This document shows positions 53,371 to 64,000 of a stretch of 64,000 nt of DNA, piece after piece. Position numbers and translations under genes: made by a program. Within the stretch, counting starts at the first letter, position 1; every line of letters starts with the position of its first letter. The stretch comes from Sphaerodactylus townsendi. Taxonomy: Eukaryota. The notes under the pieces are model-generated. The model was not told where the DNA came from. It did not search any database and saw only the letters and a list, made by a program, of their open reading frames with translations. The DNA lies in the NCBI RefSeq assembly GCF_021028975.2, contig NC_059426.1, positions 37,200,001 to 37,264,000 on the forward strand, written 5' to 3'.

Positions 53371-53859
53371 TAGGCGGGATAAAAAACAAAACAAATAATG
53401 AAATAAATGTTCATTTTATTTCATCCATATAGTGAACTAAATTTTGCTGTTTTTGTTTCCACTGTCCACCAGACTGGTTCAATCAAAGGCCTGTTGAATT
53501 TTTTAAAAAAAGAACTTGGACTTCTATTCTAAAGACATGATTCAGAAGTGGATCAAGGGAAAGAGAAGGACATTTGATGACTGGATATCCTATTTGCATG
53601 ATTTTCTCCTGAGCCTGGCTGCGGTTAGGGATGGGCGGGGTATAAACGTAATAAAATTAATATAAATAAATACAATAAGGGAACCCCATGCAGAAACCAT
53701 GTGATTTCTCCTCCCCTTTCTTTTTGAGAAAAAAGACATTATGAGAATAGGGTAATAAATTACATTCAATTAAATCCCTTGGCAAGACATCTTTCTATAA
53801 AAGCTTTCCAGAATATATTTCACCAGAATGCCTATGGTGATGGTGTAGATCATACTTCT

Positions 53860-54345
53860 TGGGGTAGGGTGGGGTTCCATAGTTTAGGGGCTGTAATTAA
53901 AAGGGCTTTCTGAAAGCCAACAGTCTGTCTGACAGCATGGTGTTCTACAATAAGGACAGTCCTGATGGCCACAGAACTTAAAATAGGCTTAGACAGGTAA
54001 AAGTGGTTCTTCAGGTGCTATGAACCTAAGCCATTTAGGAATTTAAAGGTGCAATAGCAGCACTTTGAATTGAACTGTGACACAGAGCAGGAGAAAGTGC
54101 AGTTGATATACATATTGTAAGAGACCCCTTTTAGCATGCGTGTGTGTGACGTGCAGTCAAGTCACAGCTGACTTATACTGGTTCATGCCAAATGAGATTT
54201 CCAGATCATTTACCAAGGCAGGCTCAAGGAAACAATGTTGTGGTAGACTAATGTGGCTGCAACCAAGGCATGTGTGAACATGAGATCAGCTTTATCCAGG
54301 AACAGGATCAGTTGTAACAGCTTGAGTTTGTAAAAAGTGCTCCTA
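53860..54345 (-). mobile_element. Degraded L2 ORF2 fragment
   Basis: RSTFYKLKLL...FLDKADL..THALV resembles L2 AFYQLRL...THALVTSRLDY. Confidence 0.65.
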
Positions 54346-54868
54346 ACTACTCTGTCACTTGCCAATGAAGAAAAGTCCAGGAATGCACTCAGATTCTTAC
54401 CTGAGCTTACCAGAACATGGTATACACCTATTTTCCAAGTCTGCATTTTTTCTGATTCTTGTCTGGCATACAGTTCAGTCTATTCACCCTTACCTAATAC
54501 TGAAATATCCTGGAAAGATTTTAGTCTTTCTGCTTCACGACCACACTGTCTAGTTTTCTTTCATTTTTCTCTTAAAATGACTTCTGAACTTATTTCCTTT
54601 TTTGCTTGTTTCATAATGTAACTAGAAATAGCATGTGGGACGTAGGGTTACAGTTAGGAAGAACATGCTCCACCCCCTAACCTTTCATAACTTATTTAGA
54701 GAGGCATTTTAAGCAACAACAGTTTTTCCTTTCCCCACTTGCCAAAGTTCCCTTCTTCTCCTCAGCTGTTAAAGGTACAAGAGCTTCCTTAACATTGTAT
54801 TTGTTGAGTTTGCTTTCAGAAAACTGTTTTAGCATTCAAGTAAATGTCATCCTTTTTGTGTATTTCAG

Positions 54869-54910
54869 CTTGCAAAACAGTGATGATACAGAACTGACCA
54901 TCTGATCACA
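54869..54910 (+). other. Candidate 42-nt non-coding exon
   Basis: Acceptor cctttttgtgtatttcag|, donor aca|gtaagt; stop codons in all three frames. Confidence 0.4.
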
Positions 54911-55017
54911 GTAAGTACATCCTCGGTATCTGGCATTTGGGTAATTTTATGTATGTGATATCAGGCTGCAGAAAAATGGCCCAAGAGAAAGTCAGAGGCA
55001 CGGAACCAAGCATATGT

Positions 55018-55280
55018 TATTTATTTATTTTATTTATTGTTTACATTTTTATACCGCCCCATCCCCTAGGGGCTCTGGGCGGTGTACAACAACTTAAAAC
55101 ACAATAAATAAGTTATTAAAATCTTTAAAACAGCGGTAACATTATACTGATAATAATAATAATAGGAATAATAGGAGGCGTCCGACCAACCCCATTTTTC
55201 ATTAAATTTTCCCAGGGAAAAATTGGGGAGGAGGGAGGGTGGCGAGCCACAGTAGATGGTAGCCTAGATGGCGAACTGGC
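55018..55280 (-). mobile_element. L2-like 3' UTR fragment
   Basis: (TTTA)n then ataccgccccatcccctaggggctctgggcggtgtacaac. Confidence 0.65.
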
Positions 55281-57025
55281 TGGGGCACCACTCTTGTTAG
55301 TGCAAGAGCTATTAATTTCAATAAGATTTAGGTGCAGTTATATTTTTCTATTGTGTATATGATGTATTATCCAGATGTAGGGACAGATTTCTCCTAGGGA
55401 TTGATTCAGTGAGTCTGTTTAAGAACATAATTTAGATGTTACATACAAGCACATCTAACAACCCGCCGATAACACTTTGTTCTCTAGCTTCAGGAGAGGA
55501 TGATTTGTAACAGAGGAGTACAGAAGTGTTAACTCTGTAGTTTTAAACGCATATTTAATACATTGAACGTATCCAATAATGGTAATAGTTGGATCAACCA
55601 TTTAATATTTCTTACGAAGGTGTGTGTGAAAGAGTGAGACAGAGGTGAGTTGCTCTGGAAAACACATTTCTCATCCCCATAAGGATTAGCGCTGTGAGAA
55701 TTGACGTCGTGTGCATACTGCCAGGTGCTGAGGAGGCTTCCTTCATCCCTGATTATCTTTTGCACACTCGGGGTGGGGAGCAGGGGAGAGTATTCATGCA
55801 AAGAAACATGTTTTTGCTGATGAATCATCCTTGCAAGATTGAAACAATAATGCCTGCATTGTAGTGTCTATTAATTCTTTTGCTTTCAGCGTTGTCACAT
55901 CTGAAAGTGGTGGCTTCTCATTTCTGTGAGAAATGATATTCCAGTGCTGTTGGATATTTTCATTATTATGGTTCATTTGCTCCTTGCAGAATTCAGTTGT
56001 GGAGTTTCCAGTCATTGGTAGAAATGAACAACGTGGTATTTCATTAAAGTGACTGAAAACAGTTAGTGAGAGTAAAGACTGTACAGTCTGATTGTTCCCT
56101 TCACATTGAACAATAACAAAAAAAAATCCATGGGTCTGACATTTTGAATCCTGTACAGAATCAAGTCTCGCCAAAATGGGGAGTCAATTCCAAACCATGG
56201 TCATGTGATCAAGGTGTAAGCTTGGTGGAGATTTTAAGAGGCAGTGGGTTTTTTTCCTATTTGAATCCAAGGAGCCCATGCTGAACAACACTCCATGTTT
56301 TAATCATAAAATGTAATTTGTTGGTTCCCTCTAGTGCTTATGGTAGGATCTTACCAAATCACTGTGTTTAGCATTGGAATGGTAGGGCTGGGAACCTGAT
56401 GGTAAAACAGATGTGACGAAGGGAGGGAGGGAGGGACAGACTCATGGTACATATCCCAATAACATGTCACTATCACCTCTCAAGTCCAACTATCGTCATC
56501 TTGACCATTTCCCTATCTGAGCTCCACAGCACTGTCTGTCATTCAGTGTCGTGGTGTCAAGACATAAAATATATTTAACTGGACATTGCACAGAAGTAGT
56601 AGGAGTTAACAGAGAAGTGTTACTTTTGGTGGCACCCTAGGAGTTTATTGCAATGTCTGGTTCCATCCTAGCATCTTTGTTTGGATACATGTTTTCATGA
56701 AAGCAAGTTTTTAAGTTTTCAGGTAATATTTATTCACTCTGGTGGTGCTATGCCCCAGTTTGATATGGAAGTACCTCAAACTGTATGATATACATTGTAC
56801 TTCAGCTGTATTGGTTGCCTTGATGTGAACTCACATTTTGTTTGGCACAGAAGCTGTAAGCCGTAGTCTTCTCCACTGGCAGATACTTATCATTGATCAC
56901 CATTTATACTTTATAGCAAACACATAAAAAAGAAAAGCTTTGTATTGTCGAAGGCTTTCACAGCCAGAATCACTGGAGTGCTGTGTGGTTTCCGGGCTGT
57001 ATGGCCGTGTTCTAGCAGCATTCTC

Positions 57026-57068
57026 TCCTGACGTTTCGCCTGCATCTGTGGCTGGCATCTCCAGAGGA
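57026..57068 (-). ncRNA. Minimal type I hammerhead ribozyme motif (core A6 to G variant)
   Basis: Minus strand ucctCUGGAGA-ugcc...ggc-GAAAC-GUC-agga; palindromic ACGU stem III as in Penelope hammerheads. Confidence 0.75.
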
Positions 57069-57251
57069 TCTGATGTAGGAAAGGAAAGCAAGTGGAGTAT
57101 ATATACTGTGAGGTCAATAGGTGAGGCCATCTGAATAGAAGTAGCTTGGCATGTGAGTCACAATTAAGTCTGTAGCATGTGAGTCACAATGAAGATAGCA
57201 AGGTCAATAGGTGAATGCATCTGAATAGAAGTAACCTGGGCTTTTTTTCGT

Positions 57252-57758
57252 AGTGTTCTTACCATACATCAAGGGAACCACTGACCGCATAGGAAAACTG
57301 ATCTACAATCTACAATCTACAGACCCACTAAGAAAATTCAACAAATGCTATGTTCAGCAAAGGATAAGAGGGATCCTCTAGCTACTGCAGGAGTCTACTG
57401 CATACCGTGTAGCTGTGGACAAGTCTACATGGGAACCACCAAACGCAGTGCTCAGACAAGAATCAAAGAACATGAACGGCACTGCAGACTATTTCAACCA
57501 GAAAAATCAGCAATAGCAGAACACATGATAAACCAACCTGGACACAGAATATTATTTGAAAACACAGAAATTCTGGACCACTCTGACAACCACTACGTCA
57601 TACTACACAGAGAAGCCATTGAAATCCACAAGCACATGGACAATTTCAACAGGAAGGAAGAAACCATGAAAATGAACAGAATTTGGCTGCCAGTGTTGAA
57701 AAACACTAGAATTAAGACAGTGACTAATCAGCTGCACACAAACACAGGACAACTATAG
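57252..57758 (+). pseudogene. Penelope-like ORF C-terminus: GIY-YIG endonuclease
   Basis: VFLPYIKGTTDRIGKL, an indel, then the 137-aa open frame 57345-57758. Confidence 0.88.
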
Positions 57759-58090
57759 ATAACAGCAATCAAAGGGAACAAAGGCCAGGTTACTTCTATT
57801 CAGATGCATTCACCTATTGACCTTGCTATCTTCATTGTGACTCACATGCTACAGACTTCATTGCTACTTCTATTCAGATGGCCTCACCTATTTACCTCAC
57901 AGTATATATACTCCACTTGCTTTCCTTTCCTACATCAGATCCTCTGAAGATCAAGATAGCGGTATTCAATCCATGGCTCCCAGAGAGCCACAGTTACAAT
58001 TACCATCAACCCAAAGAGTCACATTTGCTTGCATTCCTGTTATGAAGTCTGTGCCTCAGGGAGCCTTATACCTTACTGGTTCCTCTGGGG

Positions 58091-58238
58091 CAGGGGTCTG
58101 CAACCTGCAGCTCTCCAGATGTTCATGGATCACAAATCTCATCAGCCCCTGCCAGCATGGCCAATTGGCCATGCTGGCAGGGGCTGATGGGAATTGTAGT
58201 CCATGAACATCTGGAGAGTCGCAGGTTGCAGACCCCTG
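58091..58238. mobile_element. Palindromic hAT MITE (CAGGGGTCTGCAACCT ends)
   Basis: Same core as 5168; perfect TSD CTCTGGGG. Confidence 0.93.
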
Positions 58239-58387
58239 CTCTGGGGGCATCTGTTTCAAGATGAAAATCAGCTGCCACCCGTAGGCTCTACTAGGCAAGG
58301 GCCTTGTCCACTTTTCTCAAACACGAAGCAGGAGCCACACCAGGAACACAAGATAGTCACATGTGGCTCTTGAAAAATTGAGGGTGT

Positions 58388-58620
58388 ATTTATTAAATTT
58401 ATTTATTTATACTCACCGTTCTCCCTGGTGGGGACACGGAGCAACTTACATCACTCTCCTACATTTTATATTCAAAACAACTCTGTAAGGTAGGTTGGGT
58501 TGAAAAAGTATGACTGGCCCAAGGCCACCCAGGGAGCTTCCATGGCACAAGTGGGGATTCAAACCTGGGTCTTAAAGATATCAGTTCCACACTCTTAACC
58601 ACTACACCACACTGGCTCTC
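58388..58620 (-). mobile_element. MIR/Squam3-like SINE
   Basis: cccaaggccacccag; gggattcaaacctggg B-box; taaccactacaccacactggc A-box. Confidence 0.82.
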
Positions 58621-59329
58621 CAGTTACTGGTTTAGGTTTAACAACTAAGCTGTATGAAGGTATAACTCAAATATCCACTTGTGTATCTTGAGGTACAGAA
58701 ATGTCGTGTTCCCTTAATACTATAATAGTGTAGGGACCAGCAATGGGCAGTGGTGGACACATGCTGGAGAGGAACAGATTAATGAACAAATTCTGTTCAT
58801 TTGGTATCCTCCCAAGCCTTGTCCTCAGAAGACGCTGATATAAGTATAAATACTACCCAGTGAATTCAGTGGGAGTTTTAAAAAAATTCCCTCCCTAGCT
58901 TCCTGCAATTCCAGCATAACTACTGTGTAGCTTATTACACAAAGTCTGCAGCCAGCCAGAGCTCTCCGTAGCATTATATCCATCCCACAGGTCAGCTGTT
59001 TTTCATATAATACAGTGTATGGCATGGGTGTCACACACCGTGTTTAGAGAAAAGGCACTTTGCAAGAAAAGGGAGCACTTTGCACAAGCAACCAATGATG
59101 AGAGCCATCGTTCCTGTAGCACCTAACGCTGCTGTGCTCAGAACTCTTATAGGTGCTTTGTCCCAAGATGAAAACACCAACCTGGATCTTCCTCTCCTTC
59201 TGCTGGGGATTCAAGACCAGCGCAGCCCACACAGGTAAGCAAGGAATTAGGATCTTTTTGCCTCAAGCTATGATTACTGCCAGTGTCTCTCCCCCCCACT
59301 CTCACAGGATTTCTGCAGTGTATTGGCTC

Positions 59330-59560
59330 ACCTGATTAATCCAGGCTAGCCTGATCTTGTCAGATCTCAGAAGATAAGCAGGGTAAGCCCTAGTTCTTGG
59401 GTAGAAGACCACCAAGAAAGTCCAGAGTTCCTATGCAAAGGCAGGCAAATGGCATCTCTATGAGCATTTTTTTGCCTTGTCTCAGCATTCTTTGCCTAGA
59501 AAACCCTAAGGGGTCACCATGTGACCATAAGTCAACTGGGACTTGATGGCAAAACAAAAC
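59330..59560 (+). mobile_element. 5S rRNA-headed SINE with Sauria/BovB-type tail
   Basis: gcctgatcttgtcagatctcagaagataagcaggg...gaaaaccct...ccataagtcaactgggacttgatggc. Confidence 0.82.
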
Positions 59561-59658
59561 ATTGGTTCACTAACACTTCTTTCCATCAACAGTTGCTAGC
59601 AGTGTCTCCCACGTGAGGGCACCAAAAGCCCCCCACCCTTGTAGATAGCCTTGCAAAC

Positions 59659-59714
59659 CATTGTCAGTATGACATCACTTCATTGTCAGTATGACATCAC
59701 TCCATTGTCAGTAT
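59659..59714. repeat. Tandem repeat, 22-bp unit cattgtcagtatgacatcact(t/c), about 2.5 copies
   Basis: Direct read. Confidence 0.85.
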
Positions 59715-60584
59715 ATGTCATCAAACCAGTGTAAACTCACATGAAAGTAGAAGAAACAGGAAGCACAACCACATTTCTGGGTGATGATCTTGCCCTCCAT
59801 TCAAAGCCTTGCTAATGTTGCTAATGTTGGCTAAACATTTACGATGCTATTTGCCTTCCAGGATAAGAGCACCGTGAAGAAACAAAAACTGCAGAGCTGC
59901 CATGCTAGTCCTTATAAAGGATGGGTAGGTATTAGTTCAGCAACTGCACAGTGTGGGAAACACCAAGGGTGGGCTCAGAGGCATAGAAATTTAAGAGTAC
60001 CTTCATGGTGCCACTCTCTCAAATCCAGAGCTCCAGGTTGATATGACTGTTGATACTGTGCAACATTAATTGCTATTCTGCTTGTGTGTTTTGTGTAGGG
60101 GTAGAGACAAGGATGGACCCCATTCACAATACGCCTGTTGAACCTGGAACACAACCACGAGCTGAAATGGCTTACTCTGCTGTGTGGTTGCCAATACTCA
60201 TCTCCTGATTTCAATTGCAAGATGCTTTGTGAACAGTTGCTTGACCCCAACAATTACATCTGTCATAGACATGTAGTGATGGAACATATTTACTTGTGAT
60301 TCTTCTGAGTCAATGCAGCTTTCAAAAGCAAGGGAGCCTTGCTACAAGAATGAACCTTACTGCAGGAGAACTGGTAGTCTCACGTATCTGACTTTCATTC
60401 CTAGGCAATAAACATTTCAATTGTTTTACATCTGTGTCTTTGTTTTAATGAGCTTGGGTAGATCTATCCCTATCTACCCAACTCTCTTCTCTTTAGTAAT
60501 ATCAATAGCCTTTGGCATGGGACATATACTTGGAAAGAGTGGTTCATCTCATTCAATAAGCCAGTGTGGCATAGTGCTTAAGAG

Positions 60585-60914
60585 CAGCGATTCCCAACCA
60601 GGGTTCCATGGTAACCTGGGCTGCCGTGAGCATGTCCCAGGGGTACCGCAGCAATGCTACCGGCTCCCCTTATTTTTCGGTGTCTCCCGCTGGCACCAGC
60701 AAGGATATGGAGCTGGCCCAGGGGGCAGGGCTTGCCGCAAGGTCAGCAGCCAATTCTGCCCCACCCGGTGCTTCCCTTCACCCTGGGAGGGGAAGGTGTG
60801 GGGAAGCAAGCAGGGGAACTGGGAGGGGAAGGTGGGGGAGGATGGCAGGGGTACCATGACATATGAAGAGTGGGGTCAAGGGTACCGTGACATTGAAAAG
60901 GTTGGAAAACACTG
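60585..60914. mobile_element. hAT-Charlie-type element inserted in a SINE head (host about 60558-60990)
   Basis: TIRs cagcgattcccaacc / ggttggaaaacactg; flanking duplication GCTTAAGAG. Confidence 0.85.
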
Positions 60915-61224
60915 GCTTAAGAGTGTCAGACTAGTGTCTTGGAGATCTAGGTTCAAATCTCCACTCATGCTGTGGAAATTCACTAGATGACATACCTTTG
61001 AAAATTGGTACATTACCATCTCCCACCTTTTCGTCCTGTTCCATTTATCTTTCCTTGCTTTCCCTGGAGTTGCTTGGTTTAACTCTCCCCTCAGATTTGC
61101 CCTGAAGTGCATCACCAATGGGCGCAACAAATGTGGTTTTCAAGACTTAAATAACCTGCTCTTGAGACATATCTAGTGATTCACATGGCCTGGAGATAAT
61201 TGTTATCCCCTACTCATATTTGAG

Positions 61225-61460
61225 AGTCGGCATGGTACGGTCGTTGGAGTGTTTGACTCGCATCTGACGGAGTCAGGTTCAGATGTCCTGCTCTAACATA
61301 GAAGCTCACTGAGTGAGTTTGGGCCTGTCATCTGCTCTGTCAGTCCAGCCTACCTCACAGGATTTTTGTTGAGAAGATAGAGTAAGAACGGGGAGAATGA
61401 TGTTGTAAGCAGCATTGGATCTCCATTGGGGAGAAAAGGGGGTATAAAACACATGTTAAA
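61225..61460 (+). mobile_element. MIR/Squam3-like SINE (old)
   Basis: Head, cctacctcacagg and tgtaagc...gggagaaaagggggtataaa tail. Confidence 0.75.
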
Positions 61461-62935
61461 GAAAATGGAGTGGAAACTGGTAATTTTTTTATGAATAGCA
61501 AGCCTTTAAGTCATGTCAAAACTGCTTTTGAAAGTCTCCTCAGAGACCAAGATGGCTTGCTTTTTGGTAAAGGTCCACAGACCCTTGAGCGTGTGGAAGT
61601 AACTATTTAGGTCCTTTGATATTAACCTATACTCTGGCAAGATACAGGGTTCAGTCATGCACATGGACAGCAAATATTTTATATCTTTCTATACCTGAAG
61701 GTTGGTTGTACAGCAGACACGGCTGAAATGGTCTATAGTTGTTACCTTGATAGCCAGAAATTTTTACTTCCGGGAAGAAATTTGAAATGATTTAAAATCA
61801 GTTCAATCTATGTCTTTTGGTAGTCAGAGATAAAGGCAGGCATTTATCTTGAGCTGAGCTATTTTAACTATATCCAGAAAAATATGTACTGTGTAACACT
61901 TACCTTCCTTGTTCAGTACAAGCTGAATATTTTACGATACTATGCAATCTTGTATTTCAGTAGCGACCTTCATGCCTGCATCCCAGAGGTGGTTTACAAT
62001 CAGTAAAGTTAAAATTAGATCTTGTAGCACAGAAAAAAATTGCTAAAACAATCATTTTAGAAACGCTGACTAAAAGAAATCATGTTAAGGTTAGATTTTA
62101 AAAGCCTGCAAGTTGGGAATGGTTTCCGCTTATAACTGGCAGCGAGTTCCAAAGCAGAATGCGAAGCTACTAAATCTTTGCCATGCAACCTTAAAAATGT
62201 TTCAAAATGGGAAAGGGACTAGCATCTGCTGAATTCGGAGAACAGCCAGGTTCATATGGTGAGAGCAGATCTATTAAATAGGATGGAACAAATGACTTAG
62301 AGGTCAAAAGAACATTCCTCAGTGGAGTGCCCCTGATGTGACAGCAAAACAGGAAGAAGGTGATAAGATAACCTGTAAGTTTTAAGCAACTGCAGAGAAG
62401 TCAGAAAGTGGGATTGTAATGACAGATCCATACAACAAAAAGAGAAGAGACTATAATTTTTCTGTAGGTGGCTAAACCCTGTGAAACCTGCTTAAGGTAT
62501 AACAGGGCAGATATTTGCAGAAATATTATAGTTCTGTTAAGTTTTAGATAAGCTATCAAATGGTTTGCTTGTTTTTACATAAATTTAAGCTGGTCTTCAA
62601 GGAATGTTCATGATTGTTACCATTAGTATGATCCCACATTACAGCATCAACTCTTGTTGTTTGGAAATGAACTGGAAATGGTGAGCTCCAACTTTAGGCC
62701 TGTACAACTAGCAATATACTGAGCTGAACAACAACCTACCTGCCATATACGGTATCTCACCAGGATCTTGATAAACATTCAGTTTGTGTTGCTGCCTGGG
62801 AATGTCAAAGTGAGAAAGATGGCATGCATCTCACAGGCAACAATACCTGGCTCAGGGGCAGCCCCTCAGTTGGTGGGTTAATCTTGCTGACCTATAGTAT
62901 TCTAAGATGGGTGGAATGAAAAGTTTACACTAACC

Positions 62936-63326
62936 CAGAGGTGGGATCCAGCAGGTTCTCACAGGTTCCCGAGAGTAGGTTACTAATTATTTGTGTGTGC
63001 CGAGAGGGGGTTACTAATTGGTGATTTTGCCACGTGAATTTTGCCTTCGTTACGTCCCTCCTCTCAGCAGTAGTGTGCAGAACTTGAAGCAGTCTAGCAG
63101 GAGGTGCACCGGTGTGCGTGGCAGCCTGCGCCTGCGTGCATTCGTTTCCCGCCCAAGGACCGGCGCAGCGGCTGCGTCCTTGCCACAACCCCGCCCAGGA
63201 ATGCCCCGCCCAGGAATGCCCGACCACGCCCCAGTCGTGCCCCGCCCAGCCCCATTGGAGCTACGGCACAGTTTGAATCCCACCACCATGGGAACCTGTT
63301 ACTAAAATTTTTGGATCCCACCACTG
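62936..63326 (+). mobile_element. Young non-autonomous hAT element (19178 family)
   Basis: TIRs intact; perfect TSD CACTAACC. Confidence 0.95.
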
Positions 63327-63379
63327 CACTAACCCTGTCAATAGTGTACCATACCCTTACTTCAGTTTTTTTTTTGTAA

Positions 63380-64000
63380 TACATGAATGTAAGAGAACTG
63401 GAACAGCTACAATTCAGCGTGGGAGAACAGACATTACCCCTGACATTGTTTGACCTTGTCCAAGGGACCATTTGGACCAAGTGGAGTTTCTGCTGTTTCC
63501 AAAGGCAGCTCCGCATAGAACAAATTCCAATAAGGTCTCTTCAATGGAATAAGAGCATAGATTGCTGTGACCAGATCACAGTTTCTAAAATACAGCAGAA
63601 GCTGAAGAACTAGCTGAAGCTGATACAAGGCTTTGATTGCTACAGAGGAGACCTGAGCCTTCAACCATAGGCCCAGATCTAGTAGAACCCCTAACTTATG
63701 AACCTGGTCCTTCAGAGGGTCTTTAATCTCCCTCAGGACAGGCTGACTCCACAGCTTCTCCATTGACCAACAACAAGTCAATAGTATCTGGATTGAGCTT
63801 CAGTTTACCAACTGTCATCCATCCCATTACCTTCCCTGGGCACCTATTCAGGACTTCACTGAGAACACAGGAGAAATAGAGCTAGATGCCATCATGCTTC
63901 AGATCCCTAGATGACCTCCCCCAGTGGTTTCATGTAGATGTTAAACAGCATAGGTAACAAGATGGAATCCTTCAGGACCTCATAACATAAATGCCATGTG
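63380..64000 (-). mobile_element. L2-clade LINE RT fragment (degraded, runs off the window)
   Basis: SILLPMLFNIYMKPLGEVI and LKDQVHKLGVLLD...AQVSSVA motifs. Confidence 0.8.

Larger units (their letters stand above)
52845..53395 (+). mobile_element. Older Squam3/MIR-like SINE carrying two DNA-transposon insertions
   Basis: gtggtgtagtggctaag...gggttcaaatacc...gtaaactgccttgaatc; interrupted at 52883 and 53139. Confidence 0.8.
56945..57951 (+). mobile_element. Penelope-like element (Poseidon-type), 5'-truncated, with inverted pseudo-LTRs
   Basis: GIY-YIG domain GVYCIPCSCGQVYMGTT...RIKEH...SAIAEH...REAIEI...NFNR; about 57057-57245 is inverted relative to about 57780-57951. Confidence 0.92.

Noticed and set aside
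55529-56174. Two adjacent minus-strand ORFs (99 and 126 aa) as a frameshifted gene or viral remnant
   Set aside because: No recognisable motif; lengths are compatible with chance.
60421-60990. 189-aa ORF, the longest in the track
   Set aside because: Runs through a SINE and a GC-rich hAT insertion; non-ATG start.

Overview
Eukaryotic, repeat-rich, essentially non-coding DNA from a squamate reptile, most likely a gecko (inferred from Squam3-type SINEs with (CTT)n tails and 5S/Sauria-tail SINEs). It is a draft assembly with three N-gaps. I recognise no intact host protein-coding gene. The recognisable ORFs are retroelement remnants (CR1, L2, RTE-X-like LINE 3' ends and a Penelope-like GIY-YIG endonuclease). 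The window holds many non-autonomous DNA transposons with readable TIRs and TSDs (hAT Charlie/Tip100/Blackjack-like, Tc1-mariner/pogo-like, PIF/Harbinger-like), often nested. The most interesting signals are: minimal hammerhead-ribozyme motifs in Penelope-like inverted pseudo-LTRs; one palindromic MITE core carried between four different hAT end types; Harbinger-like elements with co-varying hairpins; consensus AAG|GTRAGT splice donors recurring in several GC-rich DNA-transposon families; SINE chimeras; and a short candidate non-coding exon. Family names come from recalled motifs, not database searches. I cannot claim a genuinely novel system.
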